DNA of 64,000 nt from an uncultured Alphaproteobacteria bacterium (GTDB taxonomy: Bacteria; Pseudomonadota; Alphaproteobacteria; MPNO01; UBA2964). Below, one piece after another: positions 1 to 10,602 of this stretch (positions are counted from its first letter, which is position 1; each line of letters begins with the position of its first letter). Location of the stretch: positions 274,648 to 338,647 of the forward strand of contig CALSLP010000002.1 in assembly GCA_943787225.1 (NCBI GenBank). The letters are read 5' to 3'. The notes under the pieces are model-generated. The model saw only the letters and a list, made by a program, of their open reading frames with translations. It made no database searches and was not told the DNA's origin. The position numbers and the translations under genes are program-made.

Positions 1-1
1 A

Positions 2-1909
2 CCGATCATCCATCCTAACCTGGGTGACAATCTGGCCTTCGAAAAAACAATCGAAACTGGCGACGTCGAAAAGGCTGTCGCCGAGGCCGATATCGTTATC
101 GAAGACACGTTTACCTTTGGCCGCCACACTGCGGTCAGCCTCGAACCACGCGCTTTGCTGGCGGAATATGATCCCGGCACGGAACGGCTGACAATCCATA
201 CCAGCAGCCAATGCCCGCATATGATCCAGGCTGTGTTTGCCCGGACACTCGGCGTCCCAGAACACAATGTGCGGATCGTTGCCCCCGATGTCGGCGGCTC
301 TTTTGGTCTGAAAATTCATACCTTTGGCGACGAGATCGCCGCGACGGCAGCAGCCATCAAGCTGGCACGACCCGTTAAATTTATCGCTGACCGGTTAGAG
401 AGCTTTGCCACTGATATCCATGCCCGGGAGAACCGGGTAAAGGGCCGTATCGCCGTCACCAAAGAAGGCATCATCACCTCGATGGATATTGATGTGCGTT
501 CTGGTGCCGGTGCCTATTCGCAATATCCCCGCACCAGCGTATTCGAGGCCAATCAGATCCTCAATATTACCGGCGGTCCCTATGCGCATGAGAATTATCG
601 CGCCTCCACGCAGGTGGTCTACCTCAACAAGGTGCCAACTTCGCAGTATCGTGCGGTTGGACATCCGATAGGGAACACCGTCGGGGAATCGCTCGTCGAT
701 CAGGCCGCTGCTGCCTGCGGTATCGACCCGATGGAGTTCCGCCGTCGCAATGTTATGCGCGACGATTCCTACCCGCGCATCAGCGCCGCCGGGATTGAGA
801 TGCGCGACCTATCGCATCAGCAATGTCTCGAAACGCTCGTCGACCGCATGGGGTATGACGCCCTACTCGAAGAACAGGCTGAATATCGCAAGAAAGGAAT
901 TCAGCGCGGCATCGGAATCGCTGCCTTTATCAAGGGCACCGCCCCCGGGCCCGCCGGCTATTACGGCGCCGGTGGCGCACCAATCTCCTCGCAGGACTCC
1001 TGCACCATCAAGCTGGAACCATCAGGCGGCGTGATCTGCATGGTCGGGGTTACCGATCAAGGACAAGGCGTCGATACCGTCATGGGTCAGATCGCCGCGG
1101 CAACGCTCGGTATACCGATGGAATCGGTCCGTGTCATCGAAGGCGACACTGATGCGGTACCCTATGGCGGCGGCACCTATGCATCGCGCGCGACAGCCAT
1201 TGGCGGAGAAGCGACCTATCAGGCCGCCATGATGCTACGTGCCGAGATTCTCGAAATTGCCGGGGTCTTACTCCAAGCAGAGCCCGACACCCTCGACATT
1301 CTCGACGGCCATGTTGTCGATAAAGGCGATAGTGCGTCACGGATTTCCCTCGCCGAGATTGGCCGCATCGGACATTTTCAGGTCGCGGAATTGCCGAACC
1401 ATATTCAGCATACTCTGTCGGCGACCTACCGTTTCCGGCTGAAGGACGCGCTCTATATCTTTACCAATGGCATTCAAGGCGCCTATGTCGAAGTCGACAC
1501 CGATACCGGCTTTATCAAGCTGCTCAATCACTGGGTCATCGAAGATTGCGGTCGCGTGATTAACCCGCAGCTTGCCGACGAGCAGGTACGCGGGGGCTGC
1601 GTACAGGGTCTCGGCGGCGCACTTTATGAAGAATGTGTCTATGATTCAGCAGGGCAGCTGCAGAATGCCACACTGGCGGATTACCTGGTGCCGATGGCCG
1701 GTGAAATGCCGGATATCGAGGTCGCCCATATTCAGACCCATACCGGCGTCTCCGAACTTGGGGCTAAAGGTGTCGGAGAATCTGGCACCGGCGCCGCACC
1801 GGCAGTCGTGATGAATGCGGTCAATGATGCGATCCGACCTTTTGGCGGCAAAGTTACGGCGCAACCGATGTCACCGGAAACAATCCTCAAGGCACTCGGC
1901 AAAGTCTGA
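2..1909 (+). CDS. xanthine dehydrogenase / CO dehydrogenase family molybdopterin-binding large subunit (5' end cut by window edge)
   Basis: The frame is open from nt 2 (PIIHPNLGDN...GRHTAVSLEPRALLAEYDPG) upstream of the first Met at 155. DVGGSFG, YRAVGHP and GESGTGAAP motifs are typical of CoxL/XdhB-type subunits. Confidence 0.85.
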   Translation, partial: PIIHPNLGDNLAFEKTIETGDVEKAVAEADIVIEDTFTFGRHTAVSLEPRALLAEYDPGTERLTIHTSSQCPHMIQAVFARTLGVPEHNVRIVAPDVGGSFGLKIHTFGDEIAATAAAIKLARPVKFIADRLESFATDIHARENRVKGRIAVTKEGIITSMDIDVRSGAGAYSQYPRTSVFEANQILNITGGPYAHENYRASTQVVYLNKVPTSQYRAVGHPIGNTVGESLVDQAAAACGIDPMEFRRRNVMRDDSYPRISAAGIEMRDLSHQQCLETLVDRMGYDALLEEQAEYRKKGIQRGIGIAAFIKGTAPGPAGYYGAGGAPISSQDSCTIKLEPSGGVICMVGVTDQGQGVDTVMGQIAAATLGIPMESVRVIEGDTDAVPYGGGTYASRATAIGGEATYQAAMMLRAEILEIAGVLLQAEPDTLDILDGHVVDKGDSASRISLAEIGRIGHFQVAELPNHIQHTLSATYRFRLKDALYIFTNGIQGAYVEVDTDTGFIKLLNHWVIEDCGRVINPQLADEQVRGGCVQGLGGALYEECVYDSAGQLQNATLADYLVPMAGEMPDIEVAHIQTHTGVSELGAKGVGESGTGAAPAVVMNAVNDAIRPFGGKVTAQPMSPETILKALGKV

Positions 1910-3069
1910 TGGGCTGGGTCGGCACCTGGGCAACGACTCCGGCGGCGACCGACGGCTTTTCTTTTAGCGACCAGACTTTGAGAATGATCGCGCATGTCAG
2001 CATTGGCGGCACGAAATTACGGGTGAAGATTTCCAATGCCTATGGAAAGCAAAGGCTTAAAATTGGCGCCGCAACAATCGCTTGCCGCACTGATGCCGCC
2101 GCGATTGATACTCAGACCCTCCGCACGCTGACTTTCGACGGCCTGGAAAGCACGGCTATTGCTGCAGGTTCCCTCGCCGCCAGCGACGAGGTCGAGCTGG
2201 ATTTCGCGCCGCTCAGCGACCTCACGATTAGTTTTTATCTACCGGACGACATCCCCGAAGGATTTGGCGTTACCGGTCATGCGACCTGCAACCAGACCAA
2301 CTACATTTCTACGCCCGGTAATCATGTCGATGCGGTTGAGCTTCCCGTAGCCCAATCCACAGATACTTATCTATTTGTCAGTAGCATCGACGTTGAAGCG
2401 CCCGCTGGCACCGGAGGCATTGTCACCCTGGGTGACTCGCTGACGGATTGCAACATCTCCACCGTCGATGCCAATAATCGTTGGCCGGACCAGTTGGCAC
2501 GCAACATCATCGCCCGCAATAAAAAGGATGGCGGCCGTCTGCACGGTGTCATGAACCAGGGCATCGGCGGCAGCAAAATCATCCATGACGCACGCGGTGG
2601 CAGTTCGCTTCAACGCTTTGATCGTGATGTCATCGCCCAGACAGGGGTCACCCATGTGATTTTCCAGCTTGGCATCAACGATATCCGCAATCGCGGGTCG
2701 GACCCTGACCTGGTTGTCAGCGCTGACGACCTTATTGCCGGCATGAAGCAGATGGCCGTCAGAGCACACGCCAAAGGTATCAAGATTTATGCTGGTACCC
2801 TGCTGCCCTACGAGAATGAGGACTACAACCCGCCACCAGGGCTGAAAGGCCTATATACCGAAGAAGGCAATCAGAAACGTCTCGCCATCAATGCCTGGCT
2901 ACGGCAGACAGATGTTTTCGATGCGGTGATCGATTTCGAGAAAGAACTCCAAAATCCGGATCACCCCAACGAAATGCTACCGCTTTATGATTGTGGTGAT
3001 CATTTACATCCCAGTGATGCGGGCTATATACGCATGGGGGACATCATCGATTTACCACTGTTCGATTAG
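1909..3069 (+). CDS. SGNH/GDSL-type hydrolase (lipase/esterase)
   Basis: 386-aa ORF with block I GDSLTD, block III GINDI and block V DHLHPS. Its ATG overlaps the upstream TGA by 1 nt. Confidence 0.8.
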   Translation: MGWVGTWATTPAATDGFSFSDQTLRMIAHVSIGGTKLRVKISNAYGKQRLKIGAATIACRTDAAAIDTQTLRTLTFDGLESTAIAAGSLAASDEVELDFAPLSDLTISFYLPDDIPEGFGVTGHATCNQTNYISTPGNHVDAVELPVAQSTDTYLFVSSIDVEAPAGTGGIVTLGDSLTDCNISTVDANNRWPDQLARNIIARNKKDGGRLHGVMNQGIGGSKIIHDARGGSSLQRFDRDVIAQTGVTHVIFQLGINDIRNRGSDPDLVVSADDLIAGMKQMAVRAHAKGIKIYAGTLLPYENEDYNPPPGLKGLYTEEGNQKRLAINAWLRQTDVFDAVIDFEKELQNPDHPNEMLPLYDCGDHLHPSDAGYIRMGDIIDLPLFD

Positions 3070-3104
3070 ACATCGACGGGACCTGACCACACGGGAGACA
3101 TGAT

Positions 3105-3668
3105 ATGCCCAAGGCTATCTGGAACGGCGTCACACTCGCCGAAAGTGACACAGTCGCGCATGTTGAAGGCAATGCCTATTTTCCAAAGGATTCGGTGAAC
3201 TGGGACCGTCTGCGGCCCAATCCCGACGTCCCGGTGACCTTCTGCCACTGGAAAGGGTTTGCCAGCTATCTCGATATTATCGTTGATGGCGAAGAGAATG
3301 CAGGTGCCGCCTGGCAGTACGAAGAACCCTACGAAGAAGCGGCACTCATTCAAGATCATATCGCTTTCTGGAAAGGCGTAGAGGTCATCGATGGCCCCGA
3401 AGGGCGGGGCCTGGTCGAAAGCCTGCCCAGTCAACGCGGCCGTAAATCCGGCTGGGAAGCTTTGTGCTGGTTTATCCGCCATTCGGAAAAATCAACACTC
3501 AACGCAGAGGATGTCCTGCAAAACACCGATCTCACAGATGCCGATTTCGACGCCGCCTGGGGAATGCCGGATGTTCAGCGTTATGCGAAGCGCTATCGCT
3601 GGGCGCTGGAAAGCCGGTCACCCCTGATACTGCAAAGATCTGAAGGCGACCCCGTCAACGCCCATTAA
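3105..3668 (+). CDS. DUF427 domain protein with an uncharacterised C-terminal extension of about 90 aa
   Basis: N-terminal WNGVTLAES...EGNAYFPKDSV...FCHWKGFASYLDI pattern is characteristic of DUF427. Confidence 0.65.
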   Translation: MPKAIWNGVTLAESDTVAHVEGNAYFPKDSVNWDRLRPNPDVPVTFCHWKGFASYLDIIVDGEENAGAAWQYEEPYEEAALIQDHIAFWKGVEVIDGPEGRGLVESLPSQRGRKSGWEALCWFIRHSEKSTLNAEDVLQNTDLTDADFDAAWGMPDVQRYAKRYRWALESRSPLILQRSEGDPVNAH

Positions 3669-3679
3669 AACTGGCGACG

Positions 3680-4240
3680 TTAATCGTCCTGCAGCTCGGA
3701 ATCCCAATAGAGAAAGTCGCGCCAGCTTTCGTGAAGATAGTTGGGCGGAAAGGCTCGGCCATTTTCCTGCAACTGCCAGGTCGACGGCTGATGCGGCGGC
3801 TGACGCGGAAACATATTTACTTCTTTGATAGATTTATTCGCTTTTCGCAAATTGCAGGCCGAACAGGCCGTGACAACGTTGTCCCAACTCGTCCGGCCAC
3901 CGCGTGACCGCGGCACGACATGATCAAAGGTCAGATCATGCACCGGGAATAATTCACCGCAATATTGGCAATCGAAACGATCCCGCAAAAACACATTGAA
4001 CCGGGTAAAGGCGGGTTGCCGCGACAAGGGGATATATTCTTTTAGGGAAATGACGCTCGGCAGGCGCATCGAGAAAGACGGCGAGCGTACGGACCCTTCA
4101 TATTCGGCGACGATGTTTACGCGATCCAGAAACACTGCCTTTACGGCATCCTGCCAGCACCACAGCGACAGCGGGAAGTAGCTCAACGGCCGAAAATCAG
4201 CGTTGAGAACCAAAGCAGGAGAATCTTGAGGTGGTGTCAC
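3680..4240 (-). CDS. HNH endonuclease family protein
   Basis: CQYCG...FDHVVPRSRGGRTSWDNVVTACSACNLRKANK is an HNH/zinc-finger motif. No flanking repeats or integrase. Confidence 0.8.
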   Translation of the reverse strand: MTPPQDSPALVLNADFRPLSYFPLSLWCWQDAVKAVFLDRVNIVAEYEGSVRSPSFSMRLPSVISLKEYIPLSRQPAFTRFNVFLRDRFDCQYCGELFPVHDLTFDHVVPRSRGGRTSWDNVVTACSACNLRKANKSIKEVNMFPRQPPHQPSTWQLQENGRAFPPNYLHESWRDFLYWDSELQDD

Positions 4241-4435
4241 AGCGCAACGTCCTCGTGTCTTATCCCTGAACCAGAAACACCGCTTATTCTGTTATGTCGG
4301 CATCCCTGTTAGTCCATAAATGTTACAAGGGAATGATAGCCACACAATGCGAGCAGCCGAATCGGGATTTGACGCGCAGAATTGATGCGGTTTCTAATCG
4401 CCGCACAGGGAATATGAGATTGAAGGAATCATTTC

Positions 4436-4912
4436 ATGGGCACCAAAAATTCAGTCATCAAATCGAAATTCATTTCGCATGGCACCCTTGGTTCAAAGGA
4501 CCTCCAGGCAACGCGTAAATTCTACGAAGAATTTCTCGGTATTGAAGTCATGCAGACCAGCAAGATTTCTCTCATGACGCGGCTCGGTGGTGACCATATT
4601 TATGTCGTCGTCCAGGATAAAAATATGACCGAAATGCCGCGGCTCAATCATAACGGCATCGATGTTGATAGCGATGCAGAGGTGGATGCCTCCCATCAGG
4701 CCGTGCTCGATGGCGCCGAAGAATGGGGGCTCTACAATATTTCAAAGCCGGTCGAACAGCATGGCACCTATAGCTTCCATTTCTGGGATCGCGACGGCAA
4801 TTGTTGGGAAATCCTCTGGAACCCCAAGAACGGCTATAACTGGATATTTGAAATGGGCGATCTCGAAGGTAAAGGCCACTGGGACCCAGAACTCAGAAAG
4901 AGCCAACAGTAA
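4436..4912 (+). CDS. VOC (glyoxalase/bleomycin-resistance/dioxygenase) family protein
   Basis: HGTLGSKDLQATRKFYEEFLGIEV ... HFWDRDGNCWEI is a beta-alpha-beta-beta-beta VOC-type pattern. AAGGA lies about 10 nt upstream of the ATG. Confidence 0.6.
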   Translation: MGTKNSVIKSKFISHGTLGSKDLQATRKFYEEFLGIEVMQTSKISLMTRLGGDHIYVVVQDKNMTEMPRLNHNGIDVDSDAEVDASHQAVLDGAEEWGLYNISKPVEQHGTYSFHFWDRDGNCWEILWNPKNGYNWIFEMGDLEGKGHWDPELRKSQQ

Positions 4913-4922
4913 TTACACGTGA

Positions 4923-5585
4923 TTAGGCGCCGAGTACGACGCTTAGAAATCCAGCACCGAGATTAACGCCGTCCTGATCGATACCATGAGCCAGCGCCGG
5001 CCGACGATGGGTGTCGACTTCAACACCGTTTTCCCGGAGCAGCCCGGCCGCCGTGTCCATCAGTTCAATGTTGAGCAACGGGTCTTCTTCGCCGTGGATT
5101 AACATTACCGGTGGCCGAACCTTGATTTCATCGGCCAGAGTCTCCGGTGCTTCGAGCCGCCCCGAATAGCCTAAAATTCCCGCCGGGGCGTTTTCACGAC
5201 GAACACCCACATGCAGAGACAGCATTGTCCCCTGCGAAAACCCAAGCAACGCGAACTGGTTATCCTTCAGACCGAGCCGCGCCAGTTCACTATCAATGAA
5301 CGCATCAACGGTCGCCGCTGCGATCCGCACCTGCGCCAGCCGGTCATAATCATCGCCTTCCCAGACATCGAACCATTGCAATCCGCCAAACGGGTTCTGG
5401 GCACAAGGGTGCGGCGCATTCGGTGATACGAACACTGTATCCGGCAGCACCTGTGACAAAGGCTGTGCGAGCCCGATCAGATCATCGCCATTGGCCCCAT
5501 AGCCATGTAGCAGGATGACAAGGCTCTTGGCGGTCCCAGAGGCCGGTCCCAGGCTGGGTCCGGAGAGCGTTGGTAAATCGGTCAT
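4923..5585 (-). CDS. phospholipase/carboxylesterase family alpha/beta hydrolase
   Basis: LLHGYGANGDDL, GFSQG nucleophile elbow and C-terminal HGxxD. Start chosen at MTDLPTL, whose ATG forms an ATGA overlap with the upstream stop (5582-5585) rather than the longer 249-aa ORF. Confidence 0.8.
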   Translation of the reverse strand: MTDLPTLSGPSLGPASGTAKSLVILLHGYGANGDDLIGLAQPLSQVLPDTVFVSPNAPHPCAQNPFGGLQWFDVWEGDDYDRLAQVRIAAATVDAFIDSELARLGLKDNQFALLGFSQGTMLSLHVGVRRENAPAGILGYSGRLEAPETLADEIKVRPPVMLIHGEEDPLLNIELMDTAAGLLRENGVEVDTHRRPALAHGIDQDGVNLGAGFLSVVLGA

Positions 5586-6232
5586 GATGGTTTTCCTCCT
5601 GGTGGCGGTCTGATGACGCTCAGGTAATAATGCCAGAGAATACGCGCTGCAACCGCCCGGTAAGGCCGCCACTGTTCGCCCAGCTCCTGTAACTCATCCG
5701 CATTGGGCCGTGCATTTAGATTTTTGATCTTCTCGGCACCAACGGCCAAAGCGAGATCGCCAACCGGCCAGACGTCCGGACGCCCGAGGGCTTCCATCAA
5801 GTAAACATCTGCTGTCCAATGGCCAATACCGGTGATCTTCATCATCTCGGCTTTGGCAGCCTCATCGTCATAGTGCCGTAATTTGTTGATCGGCAAACTG
5901 CCATCCACAACAGCTTCAGCCAGCAAACGGCAATAGCGCGTTTTCTGCCGCGAGAACCCAAGGCCCCTCAGGTCATCATCATCGAGAAGCAGAAACGAGT
6001 CAGGGGCTGGGTGCCCACCGAGTTTCGCAACGAGCTTTTCATAGGTCGCGCGGGCAGATGCCAGCGACACTTGCTGTTCAAGGATGAGATAAAGCAGCGT
6101 ACGAAAACCCTGCGGTCGTTTCCAAAGCGGGGGCACGCCGAACTCTTTTACAACCCGTGCCAAATCGGAATCACCTTCGCAGAGCGCTGTTGTCGCCTCT
6201 GCCAAACGGCCTTTGTTCAACGAGACGATCAC
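5582..6232 (-). CDS. DNA-3-methyladenine glycosylase II / HhH-GPD base-excision repair protein
   Basis: 216-aa ORF with QQVSLASA, the ITGIGHWTADVYL helix-hairpin-helix and the VGD catalytic-Asp context. Confidence 0.8.
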   Translation of the reverse strand: MIVSLNKGRLAEATTALCEGDSDLARVVKEFGVPPLWKRPQGFRTLLYLILEQQVSLASARATYEKLVAKLGGHPAPDSFLLLDDDDLRGLGFSRQKTRYCRLLAEAVVDGSLPINKLRHYDDEAAKAEMMKITGIGHWTADVYLMEALGRPDVWPVGDLALAVGAEKIKNLNARPNADELQELGEQWRPYRAVAARILWHYYLSVIRPPPGGKPS

Positions 6233-7077
6233 TGATGCAGACCCCGTTGAAGGGTGATGTAGTCTGGATCTTCTGGAGTAAGGATGCCGTGCCGAATAAA
6301 GAAATCGATATTGACCGCCGCACAGTTAAACTTGAACTCTGCGCTATCGGCTGTGATCGCCATTACCTCCCGCACGGGCAATAGTTTAAACCCGGATAAT
6401 TCACCATCCGTGTTTGTTGGAACAAAGTCTTTGGGTAGCTCCATATCAAACACGAACATGGTGTCCGGTTTCAAACAATTATCCTCCTCGTGCTGATAGG
6501 ATATCGCCCCAACCGGGATCGCTTTGCCCGCGATCTCAGCCGGGACAGCAGCCTCTTCCGCCGCTTCCTTTATAACATTCTCCAGCAAACCAAGCCCGAC
6601 GGGCTGCCCGCCTGCCACCATATTATCCAGCATGCCTGGATAGGTCGGTTTGTCATCAGCGCGTCGGGCGATCCACATGAGCAGGTCGTCGCCATCCCGA
6701 ACAAAGCCGTTAACGTGGACGCCAAATGCGGGCACGCCGAAACGCGGCACCGCCGTGCGTTCCATCTCCAGAAACGCTTCGTCGTAAAACCCTGTCCCGA
6801 CAGGATAGGCTTCATCGCGCCAACCAGAGAACCAACCATCCGCGTCCAGCGAACGAAGGACAGGGAGAACTGCGTCGCTACGAGATCGATAGTCGTTAAA
6901 CCCGTCACGCAGAGTTACGGCGTTATCGGACTCCAGAAAAACATCCTCAAACGGCTTAAGCGCCGAGGCGAAATCACTATGGACCCAGCCTAAACGCTGA
7001 CCTTCAACGATAAAGGGCGCATAGGCGGCAACATCCATGCCGTTGTTACAGACCTTGATTCTATCGAGTAAACTCAT
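6229..7077 (-). CDS. NUDIX hydrolase (DUF4743-NUDIX type)
   Basis: Nudix box GGQPVGLGLLENVIKEAAEEAAV. Start ambiguous: ATG at 7077 (MSLLDRI) or 7098. Confidence 0.75.
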   Translation of the reverse strand: MSLLDRIKVCNNGMDVAAYAPFIVEGQRLGWVHSDFASALKPFEDVFLESDNAVTLRDGFNDYRSRSDAVLPVLRSLDADGWFSGWRDEAYPVGTGFYDEAFLEMERTAVPRFGVPAFGVHVNGFVRDGDDLLMWIARRADDKPTYPGMLDNMVAGGQPVGLGLLENVIKEAAEEAAVPAEIAGKAIPVGAISYQHEEDNCLKPDTMFVFDMELPKDFVPTNTDGELSGFKLLPVREVMAITADSAEFKFNCAAVNIDFFIRHGILTPEDPDYITLQRGLHQ

Positions 7078-7168
7078 AGCGACAGACCGCCATGGCACGG
7101 TAAAACTGTCAACAGGGGTGATACGGTTTTTCTATCGGAAGTCGTCAAATTGGTCCTAAACTCATCAC

Positions 7169-7729
7169 ATGAAACCGGTGACGACCTCTATCCTGACGAT
7201 ATTACTGCTGTGCCTGACTATTTCATCGGCCATAGCTTCATCGACCATGGCACAGAAACCGCTTTCCTATCACGACGGTTACATAGAGCTCGACCAGGGA
7301 AATTTTCACAACGCCTTTGTTACGTTTCAGCGACTGGCCGAACAAGGGGATGCCCGCTCGCAAAACGAGCTCGGCTTTATGCATTTGGTTGGTTTTGACG
7401 GGAAACAGAATTTCAAGGCGGCAGCTGAATGGTTTCGCCGTGCCGCTGAACAGGGCCTTGCCCGGGCGCAGTTTAATTTGGGCGAGCTATACGAGACCGG
7501 TCGAGGCGTGCCCCAAAGCAACGTAAAGGCGTTAAAATGGTTTTGGATCACCGCGCTCATGGCCCAGCGCGACCAACGCCGCGACCTCGCGAAGAGTAAA
7601 ATTTCGATATTGGAAAGCCCCCTTACGTCGGCCGCCAGAAATCAGGCGCGGGATCAGGCCTGTGTTTGGCTGCAAATCGCGAAGAGCCGTTTGAAACTTA
7701 GACGTGGCAGTCCTGTCGGTCTGTGCTAA
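7169..7729 (+). CDS. secreted Sel1-repeat (SLR/TPR-like) protein
   Basis: N-terminal signal peptide (ILTILLLCLTISSAIASS) followed by repeats AEQGDARSQNELGFMH / AEQGLARAQFNLGELYETGRGV. Confidence 0.75.
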   Translation: MKPVTTSILTILLLCLTISSAIASSTMAQKPLSYHDGYIELDQGNFHNAFVTFQRLAEQGDARSQNELGFMHLVGFDGKQNFKAAAEWFRRAAEQGLARAQFNLGELYETGRGVPQSNVKALKWFWITALMAQRDQRRDLAKSKISILESPLTSAARNQARDQACVWLQIAKSRLKLRRGSPVGLC

Positions 7730-7757
7730 TGGCTAACGATCCGAGAGGCAACAATAA

Positions 7758-8481
7758 ATGGCAAATTTTGTTCTGGTTCACGGTGCGTGGCATGGCGGCT
7801 GGTGCTGGGCTCATCGGGTGGCAAACCAACTGATCCAGCAGGGCCACCGAGTGCTCACCCCGACCTTAACCGGCCTTGGAGATCGCGCTCATCTCTTGAG
7901 CCGCGACGTTAATCTCGACACCCATATTCAGGATGTCGTTGCCGCCATTTGAGCTGAGGAGCTGACAGAGGTAACTCTGTGCGCGCATTCCTATGGTGGT
8001 GTCGTGATCACCGGAGCAGCCGACCGACTCTCCGACCGCATTTCCTCAATCGTCTATCTCGATGCCTTTATCCCAGAGGATGGCCAGGCGCAGCGTGACC
8101 TGATCCCGGTTGAACGCCAGGCAGATGCGGACCTATTGCTCGTCAAAGAACAAGGCGATGGCTGGAAAGTCCCGCCGCGCAGTGCTGAAAGCTTTATGGT
8201 GCAATCCCAGGAAGATCGCGACTGGGTAGATCGCCGCTGCGTGCCCCACCCCTATGCCACAATGACCCAGCCGATCAGTCTCACCGGTGCGCTGGAAAAA
8301 CATCCCGCGCAAAACATTCATAAAAGCCGGCCTTTACACGACGTCCCCTTTTGGACCGTTTGCCGAAGCCGCCAGAAACGACCCTGGCTGGCAGTATGAA
8401 GAAATTGATGCCGGACACGATGTCATGCTCGATGCCCCGAAAGAGCTGACAGATGCTTTACTGCGAGCTGCGGCATTATGA
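7758..8481 (+). pseudogene. alpha/beta hydrolase (esterase-like), disrupted by an in-frame TGA and a +1 frameshift
   Basis: MANFVLVHGAWHGGWCW...DVVAAI-TGA(7950-7952)-AEELTEVTLCAHSYGG continues in the same frame. The frame then moves 0->1 at the A5 run 8296-8300, and the C-terminus (IPRKTFIKAG...IDAGHDVMLDAP) reads in the new frame. Confidence 0.8.
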
Positions 8482-8532
8482 CATCACCCGCAAACTCTGT
8501 CCTTTACCAAACGAACGCCCTATAATTGTGCC

Positions 8533-8730
8533 ATGCAACAATCATTTCCCTGGTTGATCATCATTGCCATGGCCCTGACCTTTCTGGTCATGGCGACGGG
8601 TGTCATCGGCATGCTCCGGCCTGGCAAGGCAAGTTCCCGGCGTTCCAATATTCTGATGCGCTATCGCATTCTTTTTCAGGGCGTTGCGATAGCCCTCGTC
8701 GCCATCGCGTTTTTAATTGGCCGGAACTGA
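8533..8730 (+). CDS. twin-transmembrane-helix small protein (HIG1-domain-like)
   Basis: 65 aa with two hydrophobic helices separated by LRPGKASSRRSNILMRYR, resembling the bacterial HIG1 family. Confidence 0.6.
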   Translation: MQQSFPWLIIIAMALTFLVMATGVIGMLRPGKASSRRSNILMRYRILFQGVAIALVAIAFLIGRN

Positions 8731-8860
8731 TAAACCCGCACTCAACCGCTTCTCCAACGCCACATATTGATCCTACCCGACTTTGTTCGTATACATATGA
8801 ATATTGGTGTCTATGGGTCGTCCGTAGCGCTGTATTTCTTGTCAAATAGCCGGATTGATC

Positions 8861-9610
8861 ATGAAAATTCTCGTCGCCGTAAAACGGGTCATTGACTACA
8901 ATGTCAAAGTACGTGTGAAGGGGGACAACACTGGCGTTGAGCTTGCCAACGTCAAAATGTCGATGAACCCTTTCGATGAAATCGCAATCGAAGAAGCCGT
9001 CCGTCTGCTTGAAGCAGGCACAGCTTCCGAAGTCATCGCCATCTCGCTTGGTGAAGCCAAATGTACGGAGACGATCAGGACCGCTCTCGCCATGGGCGCC
9101 GATCGCGGCATCCACGTCAAAACCGACGAGGAGCTACAGCCGCTGGCTGTTGCCAAGCTGATGAAAGCGGTCTGCGAGAAAGAAAACCCAGACATGGTTA
9201 TCGTCGGCAAGCAGGCCATCGATGATGATTGCAGCCAGACCGGTCAAATGCTCGCGGCCCTGATGGGCTGGGCGCAAGGAACCTTCGCGTCCAAGGTCGA
9301 GATCGCGGACGGCAAGGCACAGGTCACCCGCGAGGTTGATGGCGGGCTTGAGACAGTGTCGCTGTCGATGCCAATCGTCGTGACGACGGATTTGCGGCTG
9401 AATGAGCCCCGCTATGCTTCACTGCCCAACATCATGAAGGCGAAGAAAAAGCAGATCGACGAGTACTCACCCGAAGATCTCGGCGTGGATGCAACACCAC
9501 GGCTTAAAACCCTACGGGTTGATGAACCACCGCCGCGCCAGGGTGGTGGCAAGGTCGCTGATGTTGCCGAGCTGGTCGACAAACTGAAGAACGAAGCAGG
9601 AGTAATCTGA
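8861..9610 (+). CDS. etfB: electron transfer flavoprotein subunit beta
   Basis: [19 protein letters not shown]... is a canonical EtfB N-terminus. ATG at 8861 is preferred over the TTG at 8855. Confidence 0.95.
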   Translation: MKILVAVKRVIDYNVKVRVKGDNTGVELANVKMSMNPFDEIAIEEAVRLLEAGTASEVIAISLGEAKCTETIRTALAMGADRGIHVKTDEELQPLAVAKLMKAVCEKENPDMVIVGKQAIDDDCSQTGQMLAALMGWAQGTFASKVEIADGKAQVTREVDGGLETVSLSMPIVVTTDLRLNEPRYASLPNIMKAKKKQIDEYSPEDLGVDATPRLKTLRVDEPPPRQGGGKVADVAELVDKLKNEAGVI

Positions 9611-10563
9611 TGACTGTCCTCGTAGTTGCTGAACATGACAATCAGGAAATCAAAGGCGCGACGCTGAACACTGTAACCGCCGCGATTGCGCTAGGCGCTG
9701 GTGATGTCGAGATACTCGTTGCCGGTGAAAACTGCCAGGCTGCTGCTGACAGTGCAGCCGCCATCTCGGGCGTCAGCAAAATCCGCATGGTTGATAATGC
9801 GCTCTATGCAAACGCGCTGGCTGAACCTTTCGCTGCCCTGGTCGTCAGCCTGGCGGGCGATTACAGCCATATTGTTCTGTCACATACAACGCATGGCAAA
9901 AACGTTGCCCCGCGTGTCGCTGCCCTTCTCGATATCGTTCAGGTATCGGATATCATGGAGATTAAATCTCCGGATACGTTTGTCCGTCCGATCTATGCCG
10001 GGAACGCTCTGGCGACGGTTCAAGCAAGCGAAGACAAGCTGGTTATCACGGTTCGCGGCACCGCTTTCGACAAGGCGGAACTCGGTGGCAGCGCGCCGGT
10101 TGAAGCAGCCGATGCCAGCAATGACCCGGGCCTTTCCTCTTTCGTTGGTCAGGAGCTGACACGGTCGGAACGGCCTGAACTAACCTCCGCCCGCATCGTC
10201 GTGTCCGGTGGTCGTGGCATGCAGTCGGGTGACAACTTTCACCTGGTCGAAACCGTTGCGGACAAGATCGGCGCCGGCGTTGGTGCGTCCCGCGCCGCTG
10301 TTGATGCCGGATATGTCCCCAATGACTACCAGGTTGGCCAGACCGGTAAGATCGTTGCACCAGAGCTCTATATGGCTATCGGTATCTCAGGCGCGATCCA
10401 GCATCTTGCCGGAATGAAAGACAGTAAAGTCATCGTCGCGATCAACAAGGATGAAGAAGCACCCATTTTCGCGGTCGCGGATTATGGTCTTGTCGGTGAT
10501 CTGTTTGAGGAAATGCCGGCGCTAGCAGCAGAGCTTGACAAACAGGGCATCAAACCCCGGTAA
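9610..10563 (+). CDS. etfA: electron transfer flavoprotein subunit alpha
   Basis: 317 aa with the FAD-binding C-terminus [28 protein letters not shown]. Its ATG overlaps the etfB TGA. Confidence 0.95.
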   Translation: MTVLVVAEHDNQEIKGATLNTVTAAIALGAGDVEILVAGENCQAAADSAAAISGVSKIRMVDNALYANALAEPFAALVVSLAGDYSHIVLSHTTHGKNVAPRVAALLDIVQVSDIMEIKSPDTFVRPIYAGNALATVQASEDKLVITVRGTAFDKAELGGSAPVEAADASNDPGLSSFVGQELTRSERPELTSARIVVSGGRGMQSGDNFHLVETVADKIGAGVGASRAAVDAGYVPNDYQVGQTGKIVAPELYMAIGISGAIQHLAGMKDSKVIVAINKDEEAPIFAVADYGLVGDLFEEMPALAAELDKQGIKPR

Positions 10564-10602
10564 CGTCGCGCTAACGATATAGCAGAATAGAGAAGTGGTG
10601 AT

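Noticed and set aside
3680-4240. The stand-alone HNH endonuclease as a marker of a mobile element or defence island.
   Set aside because: There is no integrase, transposase, flanking repeat, tRNA target or partner gene (methylase, helicase, toxin). By eye its composition matches the neighbours. It resembles a conserved housekeeping HNH family.
7950-7952. In-frame TGA in the alpha/beta hydrolase as a possible selenocysteine codon. A 5-bp hairpin CAGAG-GTAA-CTCTG lies about 15 nt downstream.
   Set aside because: The hairpin is short and lacks the loop features of bacterial SECIS elements. The enzyme family is not a known selenoprotein family. The same gene also carries a frameshift, and no sel genes are visible. 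A nonsense mutation or base error is far more likely.
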